A stretch of DNA of 64,000 nucleotides from Eledone cirrhosa (Eukaryota): the NCBI GenBank assembly GCA_964016885.1, contig OZ024759.1, positions 22,010,001-22,074,000 of the forward strand, in the 5' to 3' direction. How positions within the stretch are numbered: the first letter of the stretch is position 1; each line of letters starts with the position of its first letter. Position numbers and translations under genes: made by a program. This document shows, piece after piece, positions 24,628-61,329 of this stretch. Under the pieces are notes generated by a model that searched no databases, had not been told where the DNA came from, and saw only the letters and a list, made by a program, of their open reading frames with translations.

Positions 24628-27163
24628 TCAATATCATCACTGTTTAACATCTTATTTTCCATGCTTGCATGGGTTACACCAAAGGTTCTCCAACTTTTTT
24701 GGGCCACTGCTCACCTCACGGCCACTCATTACCCTCAGTGCCCCAATCCTATTTCCAGAGAGACTTGCCTACAAGCAAATTGTAAATAATATATGATAAA
24801 TAATATAATATATATCGTATTTCCCGGTGTCGAAGACGCTACTTTTTTCTTAAAATAAGTCTCAAAAATCTACCATGCGTCCTGGAGGCCGAAGGTTGTT
24901 TGATATTTTTTTTCAAATTTTTGGTTGTCAAAGTTAGGGTGCATCCTCGAGGACAGGAAATACGGTGCTATATATAAATAAATATATATTTTTGTATTTT
25001 ACTATATTTATATATAATATGTATCATTTGATATTTAATATACTGTTATATCATCTTTTGAAATTTGTCTATATGTTCTGATGAGAAGGATTTGGTCGTG
25101 TTAACTGTTGATACCACGTGTGTCTATCATTTGAAATATCGATACTATGTACATTTATTGATTGAATTTTGACCCACTTTCGAAACAATTGTAAACTAAT
25201 AAACACTTCTTCATGAGTTTTGGTTGAATTTCGCTAATTATAACTTTGATATATATATATATATACATTGTGATCATTCTTCTTGTAGTGTTGAGAAAAT
25301 GATTGGAGGAATGTATCTTGGTGAAATTGTTCGACTGACATTAGAAAGATTGAGTTCTGAACAACTCACCTTCCAAGGTGTTGACAAAGATTGTGATTTA
25401 TTCAACCGAGGAAAGTTCTACACCAAATATCTATCTGAAATTGAAAGGTTTGTGTGGATTTTTATTATTTTGTTTTTACTTTATATGCATATATAGCTGT
25501 CAGGCCCCGATTCTCTTTCTAATATATATATATATGTAGTTTCAGAAGATCCTGTTAAGGGTGAAAGCAGCTATTCTTTGCTTAAACTTTAATCTGTTCT
25601 TATAATAAATATTTGCTCTACAGGTTTATATATATATATACATAAAATCTTATCGAACCCTCATCGGATTTTAGTCTTCCCATTTTTTATTACTATATAT
25701 ATATGAACATGTATGTATATATATATTATTTTAATATGTATTAATGCACATAGATAATGTATTTCACAGATATATATGATAAAAGATGTTAATTGCTCTT
25801 CGCATTCTTCCATCTTTTGCAGAGACAATGGAGAATTTTTCGAGAACACAAAACAAATTCTTGAGGAAATCGGTGTTGAAACTTATACTCTGGAAGATTG
25901 TAAGATTGTGAAATATGTGTGTGCCCTGATTTCTGCCCGTGCAGCATTTCTCGCATCTGCCGGTATGTTATTATATCTGCTCATTTTCAATGTATATATA
26001 TATTCCTTTCTACATACTAGAACTTTAATCTTTGACAAATTAACTTTAATACCTTTTGATTCTAGACCATGCTTCCATGTTTGAAATTTCTTCTCTAATT
26101 CTGCCATAGATTCAGCTATGAGAGTTAGATCATCTGTATGTGTGTGTGGTTGGCGGCCAAGAGAAGAGACTATTCAATATCAAAGTAGAGTTTAATTATT
26201 CATTCCATTAAGGCTAGATAGTGACTCTTATTACTCTGGAATTTCACTTGCAAGCAAAACTCCAGAGTAACAAGACTCACTACCTGGCCTTCATAAAATG
26301 AATATATATATATATAATCAGAATTTTAAGTAGGAGAATAGAGTTACACTCATTAAATACATTTATTCATTTACATTTGTTTCAAGTGCCAAACATTTTA
26401 ATGGTATGATTTCAAAATGATATAAATGTATGTGTGTATTTGTGTGTGTGTATTTATTTACTACTACTATATGTTAATATTCTAACTGTAAACCCTGTTG
26501 TTAATGGGTTACTTAATACTTGAATAATCTTCTCCCTTAGGTATTTCAACTTTAATCAATTCTTTGAAGAAACCAGAAGTCACAGTTGCCATTGATGGTT
26601 CCCTCTACAGATTCCATCCACGCTTCCACAATTTAATGTCATTGAAGATCCAGGAACTTGTCGACCCAAGTTATAAGGTAAGATTTTTGGAGAAGGAACT
26701 GCAGAATAAGGGTGTGGTGTGGTGGATGAGAGGAGTGAGGCACTTTTATTCTTTCCACTATTGGTTGTTGTTTTATGTTAGCTTTTGTTTTGTTTTTCAA
26801 AATTAAATATAGTTAAACTACAGATTTAGAATTGAACCACAGATTAAATATAGTTAAACTACAGATTTAGAATTGAACCACAGATTAAATATAGTTAAAC
26901 TACAGATTTAGAGTTGAGCCACAAATAAAATATAGTTAAACTATAGATATAGTGTTGAACCACAGATATTCTACTTTGATGATTTAATAAATATATGAAT
27001 TAATTTCTATTTCCAGTTTAAACTGGTTCTCTCCCATGATGGAAGTGGTAAAGGTGCAGCTATTGTTGCTGCCGTCACAACACACAGGAAAACAAACGTC
27101 CATGACAAGAAAGTGCCGCCCAAAGTTGGTGGTAGTTGTATTCCGATCGCCGTGCATGCTTAA
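18946..27163 (+). CDS. HK: Hexokinase, single ~50-kDa domain; join(18946-19108,19955-20094,21491-21709,22921-23020,23406-23485,24210-24322,25289-25447,25823-25962,26541-26677,27017-27163); first exon lies upstream
   Basis: All introns GT-AG with consistent phases; 465 codons plus stop. Motifs [75 protein letters not shown]. Confidence 0.96.
19955..20094 (+). CDS. HK: Hexokinase exon ([18 protein letters not shown]...GTGEQ)
   Basis: TAG acceptor, CAG|GTAAGT donor; ATP-binding phosphate-1 motif. Confidence 0.95.
20250..20800 (-). mobile_element. DNA transposon relic, Chapaev3-like transposase C-terminus
   Basis: [39 protein letters not shown]...[12 protein letters not shown]; family assignment from memory of the HGERFHQDI motif. 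Confidence 0.6.
21491..21709 (+). CDS. HK: Hexokinase exon (LFGHVANC...LGFTFSFP...KWTKGF...IKAT)
   Basis: CAG acceptor, G|GTAAGT donor, 219 nt. Confidence 0.95.
22085..22880 (+). mobile_element. Tandem cluster of about four tRNA-derived SINEs (Meta-domain-like); other copies 9180-9330, 33915-34095(-), 38116-38307, 49735-49945(-)
   Basis: A box TGGCAGTATCGG, B box GAGTTCAAATCC, CTTTGCCTTTCATCCTTACGGGGTCGATAAA central block, tail AGTAGAAACA(ATT)n. Confidence 0.8.
22921..23020 (+). CDS. HK: Hexokinase exon ([19 protein letters not shown]...IGLIL)
   Basis: 100 nt, G|GTAAGT donor; contains the catalytic Asp. Confidence 0.95.
23406..23485 (+). CDS. HK: Hexokinase exon ([10 protein letters not shown]...PQQ)
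   Basis: TAG acceptor, CAG|GTAAGG donor. Confidence 0.93.
23505..23852. repeat. 21-bp intronic minisatellite, ~16 copies
   Basis: Unit GAAAGTCTGGAATGRTTCTTT. Confidence 0.9.
24210..24322 (+). CDS. HK: Hexokinase exon ([14 protein letters not shown]...NPGKQL)
   Basis: CAG acceptor, CT|GTAAGT donor. Confidence 0.95.
24376..24575. mobile_element. Fold-back element, family E (copies 37746-37942, 59100-59145)
   Basis: IR GAAAAGAGTCAGGACCCCGACGGCTGAGCTCC...GGAGCTCAGCCGTCGGGGTCCTGATTCTTTTC; tail GAGTACTC 24422-24429; TA flanks. Confidence 0.65.
24815..24965. mobile_element. pogo/Tigger-like MITE
   Basis: Imperfect TIRs (T)CGTATTTCC...GGAAATACGG. Confidence 0.5.
25075..25196 (+). ncRNA. Minimal type I hammerhead motif with long loop-II insert, sense strand of a hexokinase intron
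   Basis: GTT CTGATGA GAAGG [~90 nt] CTTTC GAA ACAATTGT A AAC. Confidence 0.65.
25289..25447 (+). CDS. HK: Hexokinase exon ([16 protein letters not shown]...LSEIE)
   Basis: TAG acceptor, AG|GTTTG donor. Confidence 0.94.
25823..25962 (+). CDS. HK: Hexokinase exon (DNGEFF...[11 protein letters not shown])
   Basis: CAG acceptor, G|GTATG donor. Confidence 0.93.
25990..26160 (-). mobile_element. RTE RT fragment in a hexokinase intron
   Basis: [28 protein letters not shown] is homologous to the RTE ORF near 55850-55950. Confidence 0.65.
26541..26677 (+). CDS. HK: Hexokinase exon (ISTLIN...[12 protein letters not shown]...PSYK)
   Basis: TAG acceptor, AAG|GTAAGA donor. Confidence 0.95.
26803..26965. 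repeat. 41-bp tandem repeat x4
   Basis: TTAAATATAGTTAAACTACAGATTTAGAATTGAACCACAGA. Confidence 0.85.
27017..27163 (+). CDS. HK: Hexokinase last exon ([20 protein letters not shown]...IPIAVHA*)
   Basis: CAG acceptor, stop TAA 27161-27163; AATAAA downstream (e.g. 27353). Confidence 0.94.
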   Translation, partial: FKLVLSHDGSGKGAAIVAAVTTHRKTNVHDKKVPPKVGGSCIPIAVHA

Positions 27164-29829
27164 AAAAAAACAACAACAAAGTAAAGCGAAAGAAAGAAGA
27201 AAAATCAGTTTTTTTTTGTATTTTTTTTCAAAATTTCAAGATGGCCAGACAAATAATTAAAGACACCAATTTGTGTCAACAACAACAACAACATTTAAAC
27301 AGTGTCTGTTATAAAAAGGTAAAAAAGAAAGAAAAGGAAAAAATTTGGGGAAAATAAAAATAAATGCTCTTTTGGGGGTGAGGTGTTAAAACGAAAGTAT
27401 TATTATTATTTTTTTTTTTTTGCTTTCTTTCATTATAATTCTCTCTTACAAACTTTCTGTAATCTCTGGCAATTATCGTACATAATCGGCTGAGTGATTT
27501 ATTAACAAAAGAAAATGTTTGGGATTTATTTATATGAATGTTACATAGTAATATGTAATACATTTCATTATGCATGGAGATTGCTGGGAGGTTGTTATCA
27601 AATTTCTAGGATATTTCATTAGAGACTTCAAATGAAAGAATGCTATTTATTTTTGGGTTTATTTTGAGAGAGAAAACAATACCATCTCAATCAAATCTTA
27701 AATATCTTTGTTTATTTTAGAAATCTAACGTTCAATTTTTGGTATAGATATTGAATGAAAACTTAATCAGTAATGTTTTCCTGTAGCCTTTATAGTAGAT
27801 GTTTATTGATTCTTATATAGTAAACTTCTAGTGTTAGGGGTGAAAAAACTAGACTATTTTTCTGTGACTATTTTAATATTTATCTTATATATTTTGTTGC
27901 GGATTTGAGGCTATATATAATATTTAGAAAAGTGTTTTTTCTATAATTTTCTCCTCCAAAATCTAATTTTTATAGAAACAACCCTATAGAAAATTTATGC
28001 GGACGTATTACAGACTTAAAGTATTGAGAGGCGAAATAGCTGATTATTTGCATCTTATTAACATGTATATATTTCTTTTATTTTTTCTTAATTAATTTCT
28101 TTTACGTGTTCCAGCTGATAGGCTGAGGCGTTACTGGGGCACTGCATATATATATTAGTAGTATAGATTAAAGTTTAAGCAAAGAATCGCTGCTTTCATC
28201 CTTTTCCGGGATCTTCTGAAACTGACCAAAATATATATATATTTTTTTTTTGTAAATTATGTTTATTATATATTTTTCAAATCTAATTGAAACACAAGGT
28301 GGTGCTTACTATCTTATTTGAAATATGGTTAAAAAAGGGTTAAAGAGACAAATCTTATTCATTATCTAGAAAGGATTTTTAAAAAAATATTTTGGAGTGA
28401 GGGAAATTATATTAAAAAATGATTTTGCTATAAATAATATTCAGTCAAACTGATGTGGTCTGTGATTTTTTGTTCTTTTTCATTTTATGAATATTAATAG
28501 TATTATCATTATATTTTTATGTGTCTTTCAAAATAAAATGTTTAAATTTCATTTAACCTTAGGAATTAGATAAGATATTTTCTCTGAAAGTTATAAACTG
28601 AATTACTCTGGTGAATATAAAGAGGTTTTAATGAAATAAATATATAAACATACATGAATAAAAAGTAACATTGGAAGAAGTTTATTAAAAAATAAAACAA
28701 AAAATAAGACGAAAGAAAGAATTTGTGGTCCCCACCAATAAATGGAGATTATTGTATTTACTGCCGCCACAAAGGAAGTTAAAATTGGCGCAAAGTTTTC
28801 TGCTATAGTTATTGTTACCATCACAAATAACTTAAGTTCAATAAAGAATTGATGCAGTCATGACAATGCTTCTTTTTTCTTTTTTGTGTGTTTTATTGCT
28901 TTTTAATTAATTTCATTATATATATATATATATCATCATCATCATCATTTCATTTTACGTCCGCTTTTTCCCTGCTTGCAAGGGTGGGACGGGAACTGAT
29001 TCTGGCTTGATTTCTACAGCTGGATGCCCTTCCTAACACCAACCTCATTTACAGTGAGTGCTGGGTGCTTTTTTGCCGTGGCACCTCCACGACCACTTTG
29101 CAGTGGAATGATAGGGACTCCAGTCCCTATCATCTCATTTCTACAGCTGAGTAAACTGGAGCAATGTGAAATAAAGTGTCTTGCTCAAGGAAACAACACA
29201 TCACCCAGTCTGAGAATTGAACTCACAACCTTTTGATTGCAAGGCCAATGCTCTAACCACTAAGCCATGTGCCTCCACTATATATATATGATACACAGAG
29301 GCCAGCCAGCAAAGAAACAATACTGCGTTTTTGGATGTCCCTTGTTATTGGATTTTTTTTTTTTTTAGGAACTTTCAATGTTTTCAAGTTTTATAGGTTT
29401 TGCCATCTGAAGAGCTCAAACTATCATAACTGATAGTCTTCAGTGAAATATGTATAACAGAGTTTTAAATAAACCTGAATCAACTGATTATGGCCTCTGA
29501 TCTTTTAATAATATATATATATACACACACACACATATATGTGTGTGTGTCTAACCCATGCTAGCGTTGATGTAAAATGATGATGATATATATATATGTA
29601 TATAAATTTAAGAAATTAACAAAGAAAGGACAAGACAATGAAAGGAAACAAAACAAAATGGAAAACAATTTTCTTAGGGGAAAACTTTAAAAAATTATTT
29701 TTTAAAAATAAATATAGCAACGAAGGACATAGAACTCATGGTTATCAACCATTGAGATGGACTTGGCCAATTTCAACTCCTACCAATGGTACTGCTAATA
29801 CACCAGAAGTCACAGCATTTGACACAAGC

Positions 29830-29876
<47 letters not shown>

Positions 29877-30466
29877 GTTTTTAGAATAGGAACACTGTAT
29901 TACTCCATGTGGAAAGAGGTGTAGTCAATTTTTTATAAATATATATATTCAATATATGTGATATATATATATATTTAATGTTTATCACCATCGTTTTTAC
30001 ATCAACCTTTCCATGGCATTGTGGATGAGATGGGAGATTTTCAGGCAATGTTTTACAGCTGGATGCCCATCTTGACCACAACCTTTTTAATTGCCTCTCA
30101 TGACACAATGATATAGTGCACCTAGTCAATGGCCATCCAAATAGTACTTTTTTTTTTTTTCACCTGGGAGTGAAAGGTCCCCAGTTGTTGTCACCACACC
30201 TTTCTAGGAGAGGGAAACTCTGAAAAAAAAACCTGTGGCTTTGGAAGCATCTAATGATGTTGACCAGTTCTTTTCAGGTAGAGTTTTCAATGCTCAGAGA
30301 GTGGTATTGGTCGAGTGCAAGGCCTTTCCCGTCTTAAAAAGACCTTCATAGCACAGGCATTGCTTGTTCAGGATATCTTACAGGCTTGTGTGACTGGCCG
30401 TAGCCTAAAAGTGCACCAAACTCTATAATCTGACAAACGATTGCAGTATTCTTAGTAGAGTTTTCA

Positions 30467-30498
<32 letters not shown>

Positions 30499-30545
30499 GT
30501 CTAACCCATGCTAACATGGAAGATGGATGCTAAACGATGATGATG

Positions 30546-30587
<42 letters not shown>

Positions 30588-30799
30588 ATGTATATGGGAG
30601 CACATTGGTCTGGATAACCAAAGATGTGTGTTCATGTCCCATGTATGTCAATGCTTATCCCTTTTTTTCATTCTTTGGGGTTTTTTAAATCACAACTACT
30701 AGATTAATTTACTTAGTCAAAATACAGCATCAGCACTATTTACTAGCTATTTTTCAAAATCTCTGCTGTTTATAAACAACGCCAAGCTTTGTGTATATA

Positions 30800-31510
30800 T
30801 TTTTGTCTCTCTCTCTCAATTTCCCCCCAATAACTTCCTTTAGTTATTGACGCACTAGAGCTACTAGGCATCTTGTCTTTAATGCGTAGAAATGTCCATG
30901 ATCTCCAGGAGACAACTGATGAAGGGAAATTACCCCCTGTTCGTGCTTTCCTCTTATTTATAAATACACTTTATCCAGCAACCACGCAGCCCCTGTCCCT
31001 TCACAAATTTTTATTAAGTTTTTGCTGTGACCTGTTCTCTCTTTCTCCCTATCTACTTTGTCGCTATCAACTCTTCCCCTCTCTTTCTTTCTCTCCCTTT
31101 CTCTCTCCCACTTTTACTCTCCCTCTCTCTGCTAGCTACCCCGCTGCTTCCACTGTTTTCCTTGACTCTGCCTCTTGTTTTTCTGCTCTCGCGGAGGTCA
31201 GACGTGTTTTTTTCGCTTCCGTCTACTCAGCCTCATTCTTAAGTCCAGCCTTTCTTTCTCTTCCGTTGCTACTACACGTGCTTCTCATGTTTCCCTCTTC
31301 GGTATGTTTTTTTCCGATTATTTTTCCGTTCTTTTTTCTTTGTTATTTTTTGTCTCTCTCAATTTTTCCCCAATAACTTCCTTTAGTTATTGATGCACTG
31401 GAGCTAGACATTTTGTCTTCAATGCATAGAAATGTCCATGATCTTCAGAAGACAACTGATGAAAGGAAATTACCCCACCCCCGTTCGTGCTTTCCTCTTA
31501 TTTATAAATA
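30800..31510 (+). mobile_element. Element with ~165-bp direct repeats (30801-30966, 31347-31510), each with CTGATGA; pseudo-LTR-like
   Basis: Direct repeats visible; related solo copies at 10320-10410 and 56885-56980; ends at (TA)n. Confidence 0.55.
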
Positions 31511-31618
31511 TATATATATATATATATGTATATGTGTGTGTGTGTGTACATGTATGTATGTATATATGTATGGATATAGATATATATATGTGTGTGTGTA
31601 TGTATGTGTATATATATG

Positions 31619-31649
<31 letters not shown>

Positions 31650-32398
31650 TTATGTATATATATTCTTATTTTCACAAGTATTTCCATGTTTTCTGGGACA
31701 TTCTTCGGGAGAATATTAACATGGCCATATGTAGATGAAAGTTGGTATGGCTGTAAGACCTACTTAGACTGGCTGAAGGGAGATAATCTATCAAACATTT
31801 TCGCCCATAAGTCATGGTGAGATAACCCATGAAATAGCGTCAGTTAATATGAATTAATTGTTTCTACATTTGGCACAAGGCCAGCAATTACCCAGTACAT
31901 TACTGGTACTTTATTTTATCGACCCCGTAATAATGAATACATTGAAGTCAATCTAAATTGAATTAAAATTAGAGGGAGACTTTGTTTATTACACCATATT
32001 GTATATGCATTTTTTTTTTTTGTGGAGTGAGGTCTCTTAGTCTTCATTAAGACATATCTCTGTATGAGAAGGTCCCTCTGATATAAAACCTGCAACTTCC
32101 TTTGCATCCAATGATGTAGACCAGTTCTCCTTTTTGGGCAAATGTATTCAATGTTCAGAGAGTGAGATTGGCCCTGTGCAAAGCCTTTCCTCACTTAAAA
32201 AATCTTCAAGCACAGGCATTGCTTGATATGTGATAATCTTTTGCAATGTATGGTATTGCTGGCCATAGGCAAGTCCCTATCAGGACTGAAAAGCCACATC
32301 CATGATACTCGTGCTTAAGTATCAAGTAATGGCATTACTCGAAATCGAGTTGCAGCCATCATATGTATATATTACATATACATATGTAATATATATAT

Positions 32399-32904
32399 AT
32401 TAAAAACAAAATGAAGTTTCACATTAAGGTATTTATTGATTATACACAGTTACAACCATTTCACAGATGGGTGGCTCAGGATCTATATTAATGCTATAGA
32501 CTCGACTCCAGCCTGATCTGCTCATCAGACATGTTAATCAAGCCAAACTGATGAGTGGATTGGGCTAGTGTTAGGTCTATAGCATTAATATCGATCCTGA
32601 GCCACCCATCTGTGAAACAGTCGTAACTCTGTATAATCAATAAAGACCTTAATGTGAAACCTCATCTTGTTTTTAATAGCGCGTCTCCCTTGAAACGCCT
32701 TCTCCATTCTGTCCACCGGGGCTGTGGGGAGGCCACCAATATGATTGACTGACTTGTCATTGTGTACATATGTATGTGTTTTTATAGATATTCCATCCAC
32801 CACATCATCCTATCAATCCCACCAACCTTTTATATATATACTCTGCCCTAACATCGAGTGCTCATTTTGGTACCTCAGTAAACCACAAATTTACTGAACC
32901 ACTA

Positions 32905-32907
<3 letters not shown>
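32399..32907. mobile_element. Fold-back PLE-like element with hammerhead cores in both arms
   Basis: IR 32399-32677. CTGATGA 32522-32528(-) with stem II GCAGAT/ATCTGT; CTGATGA 32548-32554(+) with GAAACAGTCGTA. Tail GAGTGCTC 32855-32862. Confidence 0.65.
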
Positions 32908-32953
<46 letters not shown>

Positions 32954-33105
32954 TATATATGTGTATATATATATATACACACACACATATATATATATAT
33001 ATTATGTATACTTATATATTATGTATACTCCAGTACTACAAACTGTAGAGTGCTTCTTATCCGATATCTGCATTGCTTTATTGTACTACAATAAAACTCA
33101 CCTCC

Positions 33106-33204
<99 letters not shown>

Positions 33205-33864
33205 TTATATATATATATATATTTATATATATATGATAGGGATTGTCTACCATGGCTATAACACCGAAATAGCAGGCTGTCCCTGAATTGAATCGGTCCT
33301 CTGTTTTCTATTTTCTATTTTTTTATTCTGTTTGTGTTCAACATAATCCTGTTGTCTAATTCCACAAATGACACCTGATGAAATCGTCTAAGTCTTGCAT
33401 CATGATTGGATGATAAGGCTTAGCCATCAAAATATAGTACTTTCGCACCAAACCACTGGATACCACATCTGTGATGGATGATTTGTATAATATTGAGGGC
33501 TTTAGTTAATTTATTGCATCATCGTTTGCCAGCTGGAACCACCAGTTTTTCATATTGGTAAACAGCCTAACATAAATGTCTTCTTCTCAACAAGAAAGAT
33601 GAAAAGACCTTCTTCAACGCCTAATTTTAAATTTTAAATTTTAATTCTTTTTAATTGTAGTATTAAACATTTGATGAGATGGATTACACTGATATATCGA
33701 AACCAGTTATATTTTATATATTTTATATACATTATAAAACTTCTTTTTTTCTTTTTTAAATTGTTCCTCTCATTTTCGCAATAATGTCACTTTGACGAAT
33801 CAAAGAAGAAAAAAGAAAAACAAATCCTTTAAATATATTTTCTGTGCTGTTTCCAATCCCCTTT

Positions 33865-33919
<55 letters not shown>

Positions 33920-34259
33920 GTTTCTACTTTAGGCACAAGGCCAGCAATTACCCAGTACATTACTGGTACTTTATTTTATCGACCCCGTAAGGATGAAAGG
34001 TAAAGTTAACCTCGGCGGGATTTGAACTCAGACTGTAAAGGGACGTAACCATGCTAGAAAGCATGGCGTCCAACCCTCTAACCGATACTGCCAAAATAAC
34101 TAACAAATAGTTTTATCGCTCTACATGACTGAATACAAGAAATGTAAATCTGAGTTTTTCAAATATCAATAATAATACTTGATATGTTTGCAATTATGCA
34201 AACAGCCTCTTAAGCCATGTGAGTAGAATGACCCTGTCATTCTTGCTTCTTGTGTTGAC

Positions 34260-34325
<66 letters not shown>

Positions 34326-35099
34326 GTATGAATTTATATTAATTTTAAAGAACCAGACAAATAGAATTCATCCAAGATCACCATTTGCCAGTCTATGATT
34401 TTACAGAAATCGTATTTTGTAAATACAAATCTGTATATCAGAGTGGACACAATTAGTTAGTTAGTGGTACAAATGGTGTTGTGTGTGAACATAATTAACT
34501 ATTGTCCCCGGACCATGTGGTTTCATTACAACACCCTACATCTGATGAGTGAATATGCACAGAAGCTATGTGTTATTCTCGAAAACATCCAGAGGATTTA
34601 CACAGCTAGTGCTGGTGGAGCAAATTATCATCGGAGTTTAGTCCTAATATTCTATTGAGGAGGTCCATATGGTAAACATGATGTCTAATCTCTTTCTTTC
34701 TGTCTCCTCCCTTCTTCTTCTTTTTCTTCTTCTTCTTCTTCTTCTTCTTCTTCTTCTTCTTCTTCTTCTTCTTCTTCTCACTCTCTCTTTTTGCACCTCC
34801 CCCTGCTCCTTCTGTCCTTTCTTTGCATTGTTAGATCAAATGAAGTTCAATGGTGGTGGTGCCACTTGTAGAGGTAATGGTTGTGGTTGTACCAGTTGCA
34901 ATAGAGGTGGCAGTAATGGTTGTAGTGGTTTGTTGTAGAGGTGGTTGTATTGGTTGTGGTGGTTGTTGTAGTGGTGGTTCTGAGGGTTGTAGAGGTGGCT
35001 GTGATGATTGTAGAGGTGGCTGTGATAGTGGTAATGGTAGTGGTGTTAGTGATGGCTATAGAGGTGGTTGGGATAGTGGTAGCGGTGTTAGTGATTGTT

Positions 35100-35838
35100 T
35101 GCTCTGAAAGTACAGTAGCTAGAGTCAGAACGGGATGGAAAAAGTTCAGAGAGCTTATACCGCTATTGGCCACTAAAGGTTTCTCTCTAAAAAGGATCAG
35201 ATGCTGTTTACTCGAGAGAAGACTACGTTGGTATGGTCACGTGATGCGCATGAAAGACGACAGCTGTATAAAAAAGTGCAGGGCGATCAAAATAGACGGT
35301 AGCTACGGAGTAGGCAGACCCAGAAAAACCTGGGACAATTTGATAAATTCCAACCACACACACTTTCACCTCTCCAAGACAATGTCATTGGACCGAGATC
35401 TTTGGCGCTACGCAGTAATACAGAAGACCTGCCTTACCTAAGTACAAAGCAAAACCTACAGTCAGTAGGCACCTCTTAACCAAAATACACCCCTATCCCA
35501 CTACGCCTACCCCCACCCCCATCTACACCACCCCTTTCGCTGTAAAGTTATGTTGGTACCACAACATCCAGTCCTAAATAATTGAGGTTGTGTAGGTGTC
35601 ACGACAAAAAAACACACAGTCCACTCTGTAATGTGGCCGTGTAGGTGACACGGTAAAAACGTCCCAGTCCACACTGTAAACGTGGTTGGTGTTAGGAAGG
35701 GCATCCAGCCGTAGAAAACTTGCCAGATAGTCCTACACGAGCAAGACAACCAATCTTGCCTCAAGTGGGACAATTCCCGTCTAAACCCATGCTAGCATGG
35801 AAGATAGACGTTAAACGATGATGATGATGATGATGATG
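35100..35838 (+). mobile_element. RTE LINE 3' fragment with internal deletion, inserted in an (ACC/ACT)-rich array
   Basis: ARVRTGWKKFREL...RRLRWYGHVMRM...GRPRKTW; 3' UTR and (GAT)n tail. Confidence 0.85.
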
Positions 35839-36078
35839 TAGTGGCAGTTGTGATGGTTGTAGTGGTGGTTGTGATAGTGGTAGTGGTGTTAGTGATTGTG
35901 GTAGTAGTGGTAGTCGTGATGGTGGTAATGGTAGTTGTGATGGTTGTAGTGGTGGTTGTGATAGTGGTAGTAGTAGTGGAGGTAGTTGTGATGGTGGTAA
36001 TGGTTGTAGTGATAATTGTGATGGTGGTAGTGCTGGAGGTGGTAGTTGTGATGGTTGTAGTAATGGTACCACTCTTAC

Positions 36079-61329
<25,251 letters not shown>

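Noticed and set aside
27036-27357. ORF-track calls at the hexokinase 3' end
   Set aside because: Wrong frames; the true exon frame starts at 27017 and stops at 27163.
33370-33420. CTGATGA at 33376 as a hammerhead
   Set aside because: I could not find a matching GAAA, palindrome and stem I nearby.
34600-34830. Possible terminal T-box exon on - (poly-Lys...MDLLNRILGLNSDDNLLHQH*)
   Set aside because: No credible acceptor or polypyrimidine tract, an in-frame stop just upstream, and the Lys run is a (CTT)n microsatellite.
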